A stretch of DNA of 64,000 bases from NCBI GenBank assembly GCA_965219685.1, contig CBDCOH010000002.1, positions 3,296,001 through 3,360,000 on the forward strand, in the 5' to 3' direction. This document shows, piece by piece, positions 29,574 to 40,265 of this stretch (the stretch's first letter is position 1; every line of letters starts with the position of its first letter). The translations under genes and the position numbers were made by a program. A model generated the notes under the pieces. That model searched no databases and was not told the DNA's origin. It worked only from the letters and a program-made list of their open reading frames with translations. This DNA comes from Candidatus Spongiisociaceae bacterium (GTDB lineage Bacteria; Actinomycetota; Acidimicrobiia; Spongiisociales; Spongiisociaceae).

Positions 29574-30746
29574 TTGACGTCCGGACAGGAGACGCCGCCG
29601 GATACCCGTCGGGGGATGCCGATCCTGGCGGTGGACGCGTATACCTCCCAAGAGTGGTTTGACTTGGAGCAGGAACGGATCTTCTCCCGTACCTGGGCTT
29701 TCGCAGGTTTGGCCGAGGACATCGGCGAACCGGGCCGGTACGTATCGGTCCAGGCCGGGCTGAACAACATCTTCATCGTCATGGGCCGGGACAGGCGCCT
29801 CCGGGCCTTTCACAACATCTGCCGCCACCGGGGGACCCAGTTGCTGCGGGCGGTGGGGAAGACCCAGCGGGCCATCGTGTGCCCGTACCACGATTGGACG
29901 TACGACCTGGAGGGCGCCCTCATATCGGTGCCGAGCCGGGAGGCCGAGTTCCCCGACCTGGACATGGCCTGCCTCGGGCTGAGGAAGGCTTCGGTCGATC
30001 GCTGGCGGGGGATGCTGTGGGTGCATCCCGACGAGGACGCGGGTTCGATCATGGACTGGTTCGGGGAGGTGGAACCCCACCTGGGTCCCCACGACGTGGA
30101 CGGGTTGATCGAGCCGAAGAAGTCTCGGGTCGAATACGAGGTCGCGGCCAACTGGAAGATCGTGGTCGAGAACTACATCGACGGCTACCACCTGTCTCAC
30201 CTGCACTCCGGTACGTTGGCGATGTACGACCACTCGCGCATCGAGTCGGGCTTCGTGGGCCCGCACTTTGCGTTCTGGGAGCCCCTCTCGGCCGACTATC
30301 TCCGGAACGTGGAGAGGAACGCGCCCTATCCGCTGGTCGTTCCGGCCGACCGGGCGGGAGCGTGGGTGCCGATGCTGTTCCCGGGTATCGGGCTGGGGGA
30401 GACCGAGAGTTCGTGGTCGGTGTTCCATGTGATCCCTTTGGCGCCCGACCGGACGCGGGTGGTTATCCGTTCCAAGGTCGCCGCTGTTCCCTCCGGGGCC
30501 TTCCTGTGGCAGTCCATCCGCTCATATGGATTCTGGAGGGGGCGGACCCGGGGCAAGTTCGAGGGTGACTCCTCCGATCCGATGGCCTCCGGCGACTTCA
30601 CGGCCGAGGACGTCTACGCCTGTGAACAGCAGCAGCGTTCCCTCAGGAGCCCGCACTTCCGGCATGGTCCCTCCTCGGTCTCGGGCGAGGCGGGAGTGCG
30701 GGGCCATCAGGAGTTGGTCCGAGAGTGGGTGGAAGGGAGCCGGTGA
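29574..30746 (+). CDS. Rieske non-heme iron oxygenase alpha subunit (choline/betaine monooxygenase-like)
   Basis: CRHRG...CPYHDW Rieske site and NWKIVVENYIDGYHLSHLH iron site. Confidence 0.92.
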   Translation: MTSGQETPPDTRRGMPILAVDAYTSQEWFDLEQERIFSRTWAFAGLAEDIGEPGRYVSVQAGLNNIFIVMGRDRRLRAFHNICRHRGTQLLRAVGKTQRAIVCPYHDWTYDLEGALISVPSREAEFPDLDMACLGLRKASVDRWRGMLWVHPDEDAGSIMDWFGEVEPHLGPHDVDGLIEPKKSRVEYEVAANWKIVVENYIDGYHLSHLHSGTLAMYDHSRIESGFVGPHFAFWEPLSADYLRNVERNAPYPLVVPADRAGAWVPMLFPGIGLGETESSWSVFHVIPLAPDRTRVVIRSKVAAVPSGAFLWQSIRSYGFWRGRTRGKFEGDSSDPMASGDFTAEDVYACEQQQRSLRSPHFRHGPSSVSGEAGVRGHQELVREWVEGSR

Positions 30747-31801
30747 GGGACGGGTTCCACCGGCTCAGGGTTCTGGAGACCCGGGCCGAAACCAAAGACG
30801 CCACCAGCGTGGTCTTCGACGTGCCCCCGCCGCTCGCCGAGGCCTTCCGCTGGAGGCCCGGTCAACACCTCACCCTGCGGTTTCACCTGGAAGGCCGGGA
30901 GAGGCGCCGCCCCTACTCCATCTCGGAGTCCCCCTTCGGAGCCGACCCGCTGCGGATCACGGTCAAGCGGGTCCGGGAAGGACTCGTCTCCAACTACATC
31001 AACGATCACCTGGCGCCGGGCGACATCGTTGACGTGATGCCGCCGTTCGGTGGGTTCTGCCTGGATCCGGACCCCCGCAATCGACGTACCTACTATTTCT
31101 TCGGCGCCGGCAGCGGAATCACGCCGCTATACGCGATGATCTGTTCGGTCCTGGCCGCCGAACCGCACTCGGCTGCCCTCCTCGCCTACGGCAACAGCCA
31201 CCCCGGCAGCATCATCTTCCGAGACGCACTCGCCCGGCTGGAGGAGGGCTCGGGCGGGCGGCTGCGGGTGAGACACGTCCTGTCATCAACCCCACGTAAC
31301 TCGCGGTTCGGGCACTGGCGGCGCGGCCGGATAGACGCGCCGGCGGTGGCCGGGTTCATCGACCACCATCCCCCCTACGCCCAGGACACCCGGTACTACG
31401 TCTGCGGGCCTGGCGATATGAACCCGGCCGTCCGGGCGGCGCTGCTCGGCATCGACGTACCGGAAGAACGCATCCACACCGAAAGCTACGGGGCCACTGC
31501 TCCTCCCGACGACTCCGTCGCCGGGGTCGGCGCCGAGGTGACGGTGCATCTCCGCGGCGAGGTTCTGGAGGTGACAACCGCTCCCGGCCAGACAATCCTG
31601 AACGCGGTACGAGACGCCGGAGCTACGCCGCCGTACTCGTGCGAATCAGGCGTCTGCGGCGCGTGCCGAGCACGCCTTCACGCCGGCTCCGCGCATCTGC
31701 GCGCACGGATGGCGCTCACCGACGCCGAAATAGCCCGCGGTCTCGTACTCACCTGCCAGGCCCTTCCCACGACATCCCGACTCACTGTCGACTACGGCTG
31801 A
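30743..31801 (+). CDS. FAD/NAD(P)H reductase with C-terminal [2Fe-2S] ferredoxin (PaaE/HcaD-type)
   Basis: RRPYSI, GAGSGITP, YVCGP and CESGVCGAC...LTCQ motifs; GTGA overlap with the oxygenase. Confidence 0.93.
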   Translation: MRDGFHRLRVLETRAETKDATSVVFDVPPPLAEAFRWRPGQHLTLRFHLEGRERRRPYSISESPFGADPLRITVKRVREGLVSNYINDHLAPGDIVDVMPPFGGFCLDPDPRNRRTYYFFGAGSGITPLYAMICSVLAAEPHSAALLAYGNSHPGSIIFRDALARLEEGSGGRLRVRHVLSSTPRNSRFGHWRRGRIDAPAVAGFIDHHPPYAQDTRYYVCGPGDMNPAVRAALLGIDVPEERIHTESYGATAPPDDSVAGVGAEVTVHLRGEVLEVTTAPGQTILNAVRDAGATPPYSCESGVCGACRARLHAGSAHLRARMALTDAEIARGLVLTCQALPTTSRLTVDYG

Positions 31802-31843
31802 GACGCACCGACCCGGACCCCGTTGTGGCGCCGGACCGAAGGC

Positions 31844-34800
31844 TCAGGGCGATCCGGGAGGGCCGTAGCCGCCGCCTCCGGGAGTGGCGATCTCGAAGAT
31901 GTCGCCCGGACCGACCTCGGCCTGGGAGTTGCCGGCCATCTCCTCGATCCGGCCGTCCGAGCGGTAGATCCGGTTCCGGCCCACCGCGCCCGGCTCGCCG
32001 CCACCCACACCGAAAGGCGCGATCGCCCGGCGGGACGACAGGATGTTGACGGTCATCTCGTCACCGAACCGGACCCGGCGCACCGCCCCGTCACCGCCCC
32101 GGTGCCTGCCCTGTCCTCCCGAGCCGTTCCTCACCTCGAAGCTGTCCAAACGCACCGGGAACCGCCACTCCAGCACCTCCGGATCGGTGAGACGGGAGTT
32201 GGTCATGTGGGTGTGCACCGCGCTCCGCCCGTCACGCCGGGGGGTGGCGCCCGCCCCACCGCAGATGGTCTCGTAGTACTGGTAACGGTCATTGCCCCAG
32301 ATGAAGTTGTTCATGGTGCCCTGCGATCCGGCCACCACCTCGAGGGCGCCGAACAGGGTGTCGACGATCTGCTGGCTGGTCTCGACGTTGCCCGCTATCA
32401 CCGCGGCCGGGTACTCGGGATTGATCATCGAGTTCTCCGGCAATACGAGGGTGACCGGCTTCAGGCACCCCTCGTTGAGGGGAATGTCTGCGTCCACCAG
32501 GCAGCGGAACACGTAGAGAACCGCGGCGTGGGCCACCGCCCTCGGTGCGTTGTAGTTGCCGGGATGGGTTCCGCTCGTGCCGGTGAAATCCACGACCGCC
32601 GTACGGTCCTCCCGGTCGACCGTGATCTCCACCACGATGCGGCTCCCGTCGTCCATGTGTCCTACGAAGGACGAGTCGACGAGGGCGTCGATGACCCGTC
32701 GCACCGACTCCTCGGCGTTGTTCTGGACGTGGACCATGTAGGCGTGGACCACGTCGAGCCCGTAGTGACCGATGACGGCCCGCAACTCGGTGGTCCCTTT
32801 CTCGCAGGCCGCCACCTGCGCCTTCAGGTCGGCGATGTTCTGGTCCGGGCTCCGGGCCGGGTAGGGACCGCCCGCCAGCAGGTCCCTCAACTGCGGCTCC
32901 CGGAACCTGCCGCCGGACACGAGGGTGAAGTTGTCTATGAGGATGCCTTCCTCATCCACGGTGGTGCTGTCGGCGGGCGCCGAGCCGGGAGTGCGACCGC
33001 CGATGTCGGCGTGATGACCCCGCGTGGCCACGTAGAAGATGACCGACTCCTCGGTCTCGTCGAACACCGGTTTTATCACCGTGATGTCCGGCAGGTGGGT
33101 CCCGCCGTTGTAAGGGGCGTTCATGACGTACACGTCTCCCGGGGCCATCCCTGCGGGGCCGCCCCGGTCCCGGATGATCGACTTGATCGACTCGCTCATG
33201 GATCCGAGATGAACCGGCATGTGGGGCGCATTGGCGATCAGATCACCCTCGGGGTCGAACAGGGCGCAGGAGAAGTCGAGCCGTTCCTTGATGTTGACCG
33301 ACACGGCGGTGTTCTCCAGCACCAGGCCCATCTGCTCGGCGATGTTCATGAACATGTTGTTGAAGATCTCCAACCGGACCGGGTCGGCGTCTGTACCGAT
33401 CGAAGCCCGGCGCGGCAGCGGCACCACCCTCTCCATCACCAGGTCACCTGAGAGGCTGATGACTGCCTGCCAACCGGGCTCGACCACCGCCGTCGAGGTC
33501 GGCTCGATGATCACGGCCGGGCCGTCCACCGGGTAGCCGGCGGGGATCGCCGCCCGGTCGAAGAAGGGAGTGGCTACCCACCGACCCTCCACGTAGGTGT
33601 CATGGGTGTCCATGGGATGGAGGTCTCCGCCGGCGACCGGCGGTAGGCCGAGGGGGACCTCGTGGCTGTGCCCGACCACCTCCACCTGCATCGACTCGAC
33701 CTCCAACCGGGTCCCGGGGGACAGGAAACCGAACCGCGCCATGTGAGCGGCAGCGAACCCGTCGGTGACCTCGCCCACCGATCCGGCCGGCACCTCGAGG
33801 GACGTGTCGGAGCCCCGGTACCTGACCCGGACCCTCCGCACGACCTCGGTACGGTCGGCGCCGACCCCCTGGGTCTGCATCGCTGCGGTGCCGTCCGCCG
33901 CCAGTTCCTCGAAATCCCGCTCAAGCCGCGCCAGCAGGTCCTCGTCGAGAGCGGCCTCCACGGAGCGGTCCCTCACCACCCGGACGTCGGCCAGCCCGAT
34001 TCCGAAGGCCGACAGGACACCGGCGTAGGGATGGCTAAGGACCCGACGCATCCCCAGGCTGTCGGCCACCCGGCAGGCATGCTGGCCAGCCGCGCCCCCG
34101 AAGCATGCGAGCGTGTATTCGGTCACGTCGTAGCCGCGCTGGACCGAGATCTTCTTGATCGCGTTGGCCATGTTCTCCACCGCGATCTCGAGGAACCCTT
34201 CGGCGGCGTCCTCCGGAGTCCGGGGAGTTCCGGTGGCTGCCGCGATCTCGTCGCTCAGGACGCCGAAGAGGGACCTCGTGCGGCGGGCATCGAGGGGCTG
34301 GTCGGCACCGGGCCCGAAGACCTTCGGGAACAGATCGGGCTGGAGGCGCCCCATCATCACGTTGCAGTCCGTGATCGCCAGTGGCCCTCCGTTGCCGTAG
34401 CAGGCCGGTCCCGGATCGGCACCGGCGGAGTCGGGTCCCACCGTGAGGCGACTCCCGTCGAAGTGGAGGACGGACCCGCCTCCTGCGGCCACCGTATGGA
34501 TCAGCATCATCGGTGCCCGGACCCGCACGCCGGCCACTTCGGTCTCGTAGGTCCGTTCGAGTTCACCGGCGTAGTGGGACACGTCGGTCGAGGTTCCTCC
34601 CATGTCGAAACCGATCAGGCGGTCGTATCCGGCGGCCAGGCCGGTCCGGACCATCCCGACCACGCCCCCGGCCGGCCCCGACAGCAGGGCATCCTTGCCT
34701 TGGAAGGAGTGTGCGCCGGCCAGGCCTCCGTTCGACTGCATGAACATCACGCGGGGCCGCCGGGCCGAGATCGACGCCAACTGCCGCTCCACCCGCTCTA

Positions 34801-35464
34801 TGTAGCGGCGGAGGATGGGAGACAGGTAGGCGTCCACGACTGTGGTGTCCCCGCGAGCCACCAGCTTCATCAGGGGGCTCACCTCGTGGCTGACCGAGAC
34901 CTGCCCGAACCCGAGGCGCCTGGCGACGGCGGCTGCCCTCTTCTCGTGGTCGCGGTAGCGGTAGCCGTGCATGAACAGGATCGCCACCGAGTCGATCCCT
35001 CTTGCCCTCGCCGCGGCCAGGTCGGCTTGGACCGCCTTCTCGTCCAGGGGGACGATCACCTCGCCCCCGGCACCGATCCTCTCGTCCACCTCGATGACCG
35101 ACTCGTAGAGCATCTCAGGGACTTCGATGTCTAGTTCGAACAGATCCGGACGGGTCTGGTAGCCGATCACCAGTGCGTCCCTGAAACCCCTGGTGGTCAC
35201 GAGGACGGTCGGCTCGCCCCGGCGCTCCAGCAGGGCATTGGTGGCCACGGTCGTACCCATCTTGACGGACTCGATCGGTGCCTCGCCGCCCGTCTGGCGG
35301 AGGATCCTCCGGATGCCCTCGATGGCGGCGTCCCGGTAGTGGCGCGGATTCTCGGAGAGCAGCTTCCCGGTGAGAACCTCACCGTGGGGCGTGCGGGCAA
35401 CCACGTCCGTGAAGGTGCCTCCGCGGTCTATCCAGAACTGCCAACCTACGCTCTGCGGCGCCAT
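31844..35464 (-). CDS. 5-oxoprolinase / fused hydantoinase A+B
   Basis: IDRGGTFTD, FDMGGTSTD, SVNIKERLDFSCA, HMTNSRLTD and TPGGGGYG motifs; 1206 aa. Confidence 0.95.
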   Translation of the reverse strand: MAPQSVGWQFWIDRGGTFTDVVARTPHGEVLTGKLLSENPRHYRDAAIEGIRRILRQTGGEAPIESVKMGTTVATNALLERRGEPTVLVTTRGFRDALVIGYQTRPDLFELDIEVPEMLYESVIEVDERIGAGGEVIVPLDEKAVQADLAAARARGIDSVAILFMHGYRYRDHEKRAAAVARRLGFGQVSVSHEVSPLMKLVARGDTTVVDAYLSPILRRYIERVERQLASISARRPRVMFMQSNGGLAGAHSFQGKDALLSGPAGGVVGMVRTGLAAGYDRLIGFDMGGTSTDVSHYAGELERTYETEVAGVRVRAPMMLIHTVAAGGGSVLHFDGSRLTVGPDSAGADPGPACYGNGGPLAITDCNVMMGRLQPDLFPKVFGPGADQPLDARRTRSLFGVLSDEIAAATGTPRTPEDAAEGFLEIAVENMANAIKKISVQRGYDVTEYTLACFGGAAGQHACRVADSLGMRRVLSHPYAGVLSAFGIGLADVRVVRDRSVEAALDEDLLARLERDFEELAADGTAAMQTQGVGADRTEVVRRVRVRYRGSDTSLEVPAGSVGEVTDGFAAAHMARFGFLSPGTRLEVESMQVEVVGHSHEVPLGLPPVAGGDLHPMDTHDTYVEGRWVATPFFDRAAIPAGYPVDGPAVIIEPTSTAVVEPGWQAVISLSGDLVMERVVPLPRRASIGTDADPVRLEIFNNMFMNIAEQMGLVLENTAVSVNIKERLDFSCALFDPEGDLIANAPHMPVHLGSMSESIKSIIRDRGGPAGMAPGDVYVMNAPYNGGTHLPDITVIKPVFDETEESVIFYVATRGHHADIGGRTPGSAPADSTTVDEEGILIDNFTLVSGGRFREPQLRDLLAGGPYPARSPDQNIADLKAQVAACEKGTTELRAVIGHYGLDVVHAYMVHVQNNAEESVRRVIDALVDSSFVGHMDDGSRIVVEITVDREDRTAVVDFTGTSGTHPGNYNAPRAVAHAAVLYVFRCLVDADIPLNEGCLKPVTLVLPENSMINPEYPAAVIAGNVETSQQIVDTLFGALEVVAGSQGTMNNFIWGNDRYQYYETICGGAGATPRRDGRSAVHTHMTNSRLTDPEVLEWRFPVRLDSFEVRNGSGGQGRHRGGDGAVRRVRFGDEMTVNILSSRRAIAPFGVGGGEPGAVGRNRIYRSDGRIEEMAGNSQAEVGPGDIFEIATPGGGGYGPPGSP

Positions 35465-35527
35465 GACTGCTCCTCCGTGCTCGTGTTGGGTCGTTGTTCG
35501 ACTGCTTTGCCTGGCCCGACGCAGCGG

Positions 35528-36613
35528 CTAGCGGGCACCGCCCGGGTTGGGAGTCAGGATTCTCCTGGGGTTCTCGACGAGCATGTTGCGGATCTGCTCC
35601 CCGGTCACGCCGAGGCTCCGCAGCAACGGTACCGCCCATTCGAGGACCAGCGAGTACCCGGACCCGCCGTAGCGCTTCCACAGCATCCGCATCCCCACGT
35701 CCTGCGCCATCACGATCTGGCGGTCGTACCCCTCGCTGCAGAGGACGGCGATGGCGTTGACCCGCTCGATGTCCGAGGGCATCCGGCATCCTCCCAGGAA
35801 CGCGGGCAAGTTCATCCCCTCGTAGCCGAAGGTGTCGTAGGACAGGGTGATGCCCCGCTCGAGGAGGCGCCGGTGGTAGTCCAGGTGGTCGAGGCTCAGA
35901 TCGCAGTGGCTGAGGTAGAAGCTGGCAAGGTCCGCGCCTTCCTCCTCTATCAGGTCTACGTAGGCCTCCCCCACCGTGGCGATACCGCCACCGCGGGCGT
36001 CGAAGATCGACGGGTGGATGGTGAAGCCCACCCCGGTCCTGACCTGGGCGCGGCAGGCGGCTCGTAGGATCTTCTCCTCCTCGGGATGGTACGGAAGCGG
36101 TTCCTCGGAGCAGGCGCACTCACCGATGGAGCCCGCCCGGATCCCGGTCTCCCCGATTCCCACGTCGATCTCCTCCACCATCAGGTCGGCAACCTCATCG
36201 GCGTCCATCTCGCTGACCCACGCCGGGTGCATCCCGTGCTTGTAGAACCCGGTGGTAGTGACGATGTTCAGACCGGTCGCCTCCGCGATGCGGCGAAGCG
36301 CCACGGGATCCCGGTTGAGGCCCACACCGGTGTTGTCGACCACGGTTCTCCCGCCGTGCGCTGCGAAGTGGCCCAGTTCCTCGGCTGCGATCCCCTCGTC
36401 GTTCAGCGACATGTTCTCCCGGTTGGGCGCCCCGCGACGGAGAGCGCCCAGGATGTCGATGGTGATCGGCAGATCCCAATAGGGAAAGTCGGAGGGATCC
36501 TCCCGGTCCGCGTTGAGCGCGGGTCCTCCGCCTGAGTAGACGTGTTCGTGTAGCAGGACGATTCCGAGTGCGTCCGGACCTACCGGTCCGGTGACCGTCT
36601 GGATCATGTTCAT
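35528..36613 (-). CDS. phosphotriesterase-related amidohydrolase/lactonase
   Basis: IQTVTG, LLHEH, IGE bridging Glu, SHCD and YDTFG motifs. Confidence 0.9.
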   Translation of the reverse strand: MNMIQTVTGPVGPDALGIVLLHEHVYSGGGPALNADREDPSDFPYWDLPITIDILGALRRGAPNRENMSLNDEGIAAEELGHFAAHGGRTVVDNTGVGLNRDPVALRRIAEATGLNIVTTTGFYKHGMHPAWVSEMDADEVADLMVEEIDVGIGETGIRAGSIGECACSEEPLPYHPEEEKILRAACRAQVRTGVGFTIHPSIFDARGGGIATVGEAYVDLIEEEGADLASFYLSHCDLSLDHLDYHRRLLERGITLSYDTFGYEGMNLPAFLGGCRMPSDIERVNAIAVLCSEGYDRQIVMAQDVGMRMLWKRYGGSGYSLVLEWAVPLLRSLGVTGEQIRNMLVENPRRILTPNPGGAR

Positions 36614-36652
36614 TCGGCACAGCCTCCATAAGGGTGATTCGAATCTTATGCC

Positions 36653-36687
36653 TGGTGGCTGGTGGCTGGTGGCCGGTGGCAGGTGGA
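36653..36687. repeat. (TGGTGGC)n heptamer array in a divergent promoter region
   Basis: TGGTGGC x3, CGGTGGC, AGGTGGA. Confidence 0.8.
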
Positions 36688-36860
36688 GGTCTTACCGCAC
36701 TGACAACTGTTATCTCAGGACATTCCGGCGGACCGGCCCCGATGTTGGAAAACCTGTTGAAGGTCGAACCGGCTGGCAGTAGTCTCGCCGGAGGGGCTGG
36801 ACTGCCGCACGGGACGGTCAAGGGACTGGATGCGCAGCAGCTGGCGGGAAGGAGACGGCA

Positions 36861-38222
36861 ATGGCATTGCCGAGCAGAAGGGATTTTCTAAAGAACTCAG
36901 CGAAGGTCGGAGGTGGTCTTGCCCTGCTCGGGGTGGCGGCTTGCGGGGAGGACGAGCCCGCTCCCACCACCGCGCCGCCCACCACCGCCGCACCGACCAC
37001 TGCGCCACCCACCACGATGGGCATGGAACCGGTGACCATAACGATCCTCACCGCCGACCAGTCCGCGGTTCAGTTCTTCACCGACATCGGACCTGACTTC
37101 GCCGCTATGCACCCCGATTTCGACATCACGTTCGACATCCCGGCCGAGCAACCGGCGGAGGTGCGGCAGCGGGTCCTTGACCAGTTGGCAGCCGGTGAGA
37201 AGATCGCTGACAGCACCGATCTCGACAGCGAGGACACGTGGAATTCGGCTCTCGCCGCCGGACTCCACGAGTCGGGTCTCTACGACTTCACGGACGCCGC
37301 CCAGCCCTGGGTGGACCAGATCGCGGGAGGCATGCGCGAGGGCAAGTTCAAGGGTCGCTACTACGGCATTCCCGGACTTCTCTCGGCGGTCACCTACTAC
37401 TACCGCGCCGATCTCTTTGAGCAGGCCGGGATAAGTGCCGACTTCGCGTCCTGGGACGACTTCATCGAGGGCGGGAAGAAGCTCAAGGCTGCCACCGGCG
37501 CCAACATCATGATCATCGAGGACAGCACCTCGAGGCACTTCAACTACATGATGCCCCACGCCGGCGGGAACGTCTTCGACGAGGAAGGGGCCGTCAATCT
37601 CGATGCCGATGAGAATCTGGAGGCCCTCGAGACCCTCGTCCGGATGGTTCGCGAGGACATCGCCTTCACGACCAGCGAGTTCTACGGGGCCGGGACTTTC
37701 GAGGCCTATCGCGACGACACCATCGGTGGCGCCTACATGCCCAACTGGTACGGCGATCTGCTGCTGCCCCCGAACCTGCCGGAGCACCAGGGCAGATTCA
37801 AGATGGCGCCGCCTCCGAAGTTCGAGGCCGGCTACACGAGCGCGCGTGGTGGAGCTCCCATCTATCCGGTCCTGGCCGGGCCGCATCAGGAGTTGGTGTT
37901 CGACTTCCTCGCCTTCGGGTTCCTGTCGGTGGAGAACAACGTCAAGAGGTTCGAGGACTTCGCGACGCCTCCGATGAACCTGGCGGCCTACGACGATCCG
38001 GCCTTGGCCGAGGCGGTGCATCCGTACCTGGAGCAGCCCGTGGCGCCGGTCTACACGGCGATGATCGAGAACTTCGCCACCGTCAACACCCACCCGCTGC
38101 TTATCCGGGCCCTGGACCATCTCACGACCAACACGGTTCCGCCCGTGCTGGCGGGGGACAAGGAGCCGGCAGCCGCCCTCAAGGAGGCGGCGGACGCGAT
38201 CCGGGCGATGGCCGGAGAGTGA
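36861..38222 (+). CDS. carbohydrate-type ABC substrate-binding lipoprotein (Tat)
   Basis: SRRDFLK Tat motif, VAAC lipobox, TTAPP-repeat linker and YYRADLFEQAG. Confidence 0.9.
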   Translation: MALPSRRDFLKNSAKVGGGLALLGVAACGEDEPAPTTAPPTTAAPTTAPPTTMGMEPVTITILTADQSAVQFFTDIGPDFAAMHPDFDITFDIPAEQPAEVRQRVLDQLAAGEKIADSTDLDSEDTWNSALAAGLHESGLYDFTDAAQPWVDQIAGGMREGKFKGRYYGIPGLLSAVTYYYRADLFEQAGISADFASWDDFIEGGKKLKAATGANIMIIEDSTSRHFNYMMPHAGGNVFDEEGAVNLDADENLEALETLVRMVREDIAFTTSEFYGAGTFEAYRDDTIGGAYMPNWYGDLLLPPNLPEHQGRFKMAPPPKFEAGYTSARGGAPIYPVLAGPHQELVFDFLAFGFLSVENNVKRFEDFATPPMNLAAYDDPALAEAVHPYLEQPVAPVYTAMIENFATVNTHPLLIRALDHLTTNTVPPVLAGDKEPAAALKEAADAIRAMAGE

Positions 38223-38379
38223 TAACCGGCACCGTCGTCCCTGTCACGGACCGCGGTGCGAGAGCGGGAACTCGATCAAGAGATGACGAGCGGACGGAGC
38301 CGCTGGTCGACCGAGAAAAAGTGTCGGCCGGCGGCCGGTCTCTCCGACTCCGAGCATCCCGGTACGCAACAGGACTGAG

Positions 38380-39351
38380 TTGACTTCCCGATCCGACGAA
38401 TCGCGCTCTGACCTGCGGTCCCTGTTCCGTGGCTCGAGGGAATCGCGCCTGGCTCCCTACCTGTTCCTGGCGCCGTTCCTGGTCCTGTTCACCATCTTCA
38501 CGATCTACCCGGCTGCGCTGGGTGTCTACCTGAGCCTCACCAAGTGGACGGGAGCGGTCGGCCAGGAACCCGAGTTGATCGGCCTGTCCAACTACCGGCG
38601 CATGCTGAAGGATCCGTCGTTCATCACCTCCCTCACCAACACCGCATGGCTGGCGGTGGGCGCCGTCATCGTGATCGTCCCGACCGCCCTGTTCCTGGCG
38701 GTGGTCCTGAACACGCAATGGATACGTCTGCGTACCTTCCTGCGGACCGCCTTCTTCCTCCCGATAGGCACCCCGACCGTGGTGATAGCCATGGTTTTCA
38801 TCGTGCTGTACAGCGAGCACTACGGGGCGCTCAACTGGCTTCTCGGCCTGTTCGGTGTCGGGCCGTTCGATTTCACCGGGACCCCCGCCTTCGTCAAACC
38901 CGCCATCGTCGGGCTCCTGCTGTGGCAGTGGACCTCTGTTCCCATGATCTACTTCCTGGCCGGCCTGCAGGGCATCCCGCCTTCCCTGTACGACGCCGCC
39001 CTGGTCGACGGGGCCGGACCCTGGGCGTCGTTCCGGAGAGTGACCCTCCCCCTGCTGCGGCCCGTTTCCCTCCTGGTCCTGGTCCTGCTGGTCAACGACG
39101 CCATCCGTATCTTCGACCAGATATTCATCCTCCTGTTCTTCACCGGCGCTCCATACCAGACGAGCGGGGGACCGGGAGAGCAGGGACTGACGCTCGTCCT
39201 GTATATGTACCGCTCGGCGTTCCGGTTCAGGGAGTTGGGCTTCGGCGCAGCCGTGGGCGTCTCGATCTTCGCACTGGGGCTGGCCATCGCCCTCGTGCAG
39301 TTGTGGAGGTTCGGTGCGCTGAGAAAGGAGGGCGGCGGTGCCGGCAACTGA
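38380..39351 (+). CDS. carbohydrate ABC permease (MalF/UgpA-like)
   Basis: GLSNY, FLAGLQGIPPSLYDAALVDGA and AFRFRELGFGAA motifs. Confidence 0.93.
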   Translation: MTSRSDESRSDLRSLFRGSRESRLAPYLFLAPFLVLFTIFTIYPAALGVYLSLTKWTGAVGQEPELIGLSNYRRMLKDPSFITSLTNTAWLAVGAVIVIVPTALFLAVVLNTQWIRLRTFLRTAFFLPIGTPTVVIAMVFIVLYSEHYGALNWLLGLFGVGPFDFTGTPAFVKPAIVGLLLWQWTSVPMIYFLAGLQGIPPSLYDAALVDGAGPWASFRRVTLPLLRPVSLLVLVLLVNDAIRIFDQIFILLFFTGAPYQTSGGPGEQGLTLVLYMYRSAFRFRELGFGAAVGVSIFALGLAIALVQLWRFGALRKEGGGAGN

Positions 39352-40228
39352 CACCGAACGCCGCCCGGCGACTCCTTCCGCGGGATCGCTCGACACGTCC
39401 GTGTACCGTCGGCGGGCTGTCCGCGTCCTCCTCCAGGTCCTGCTCGTCATCGCGGCGCTGGTGGCTCTCTACCCGCTGATCTTCATGGTGTCCGGCTCCT
39501 TCAAACGCGTCTCCGAACTCACGTCCCTGCCCCCCACCCTCATCCCGAGGGCGTTCGACCCGGGCGGCTACGAACAGCTGGCGACCACCGGATTCCCCCG
39601 GTGGTTCGCCAACAGCATCTTCGTGACCGCTCTCCGCGTGAGCCTCACGATCCTGGTCTCGTCGATGGCCGCCTTCGCGTTCGCCGTGTACCGCTTCCCG
39701 TTCAGGCGGATCCTGTTCATCATCGTGGTCGGATCCCTGCTGCTCCCCTTCGAGGTGCTCTACCTACCGCTGCTTTCGCTGATGATCGACCTCGACTGGA
39801 TGAACACCTACCAGGCCCTGATCCTCCCGTTTGTCGCCAGCGGCTTCTCCGTGTTCGTGATCCACCAGTACATGGTCAGCCTGCCGTCCGAGCTCATCCA
39901 GGCGGCCCGGGTCGACGGAGCGTCGGAGTGGCGTATCTACTGGAACGTGGCTATGCCGCTGGCGCGGCCCATCCTCGGGGCGATCAGCGTGATCCTCTTC
40001 ATACAGACCTGGAACAGCTTCTTCTGGCCCCTGATCGTCCTCCAGGACACGGACCTGTTCGTCCTACCGGTGGGCCTGACCGCTCTGCTCGCACGGGTGT
40101 TCCACGAGCAGGACATGTGGACGGCGGTCCTGGCGGGGAGCACCCTGATGACCATCCCGATGGTGATCGTCTTCCTTGTGATGCAACGCCACCTGGTCGC
40201 AGGACTAACGGAGGGCTTCAAAGCCTGA
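39338..40228 (+). CDS. carbohydrate ABC permease (MalG/UgpE-like)
   Basis: LPSELIQAARVDGA, WNSFFWPL and GLTEG motifs. Confidence 0.93.
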   Translation: MPATDTERRPATPSAGSLDTSVYRRRAVRVLLQVLLVIAALVALYPLIFMVSGSFKRVSELTSLPPTLIPRAFDPGGYEQLATTGFPRWFANSIFVTALRVSLTILVSSMAAFAFAVYRFPFRRILFIIVVGSLLLPFEVLYLPLLSLMIDLDWMNTYQALILPFVASGFSVFVIHQYMVSLPSELIQAARVDGASEWRIYWNVAMPLARPILGAISVILFIQTWNSFFWPLIVLQDTDLFVLPVGLTALLARVFHEQDMWTAVLAGSTLMTIPMVIVFLVMQRHLVAGLTEGFKA

Positions 40229-40265
40229 GGCCCCCCTGTTCGGAGTCCTGCCCCGACCCAAGGGG

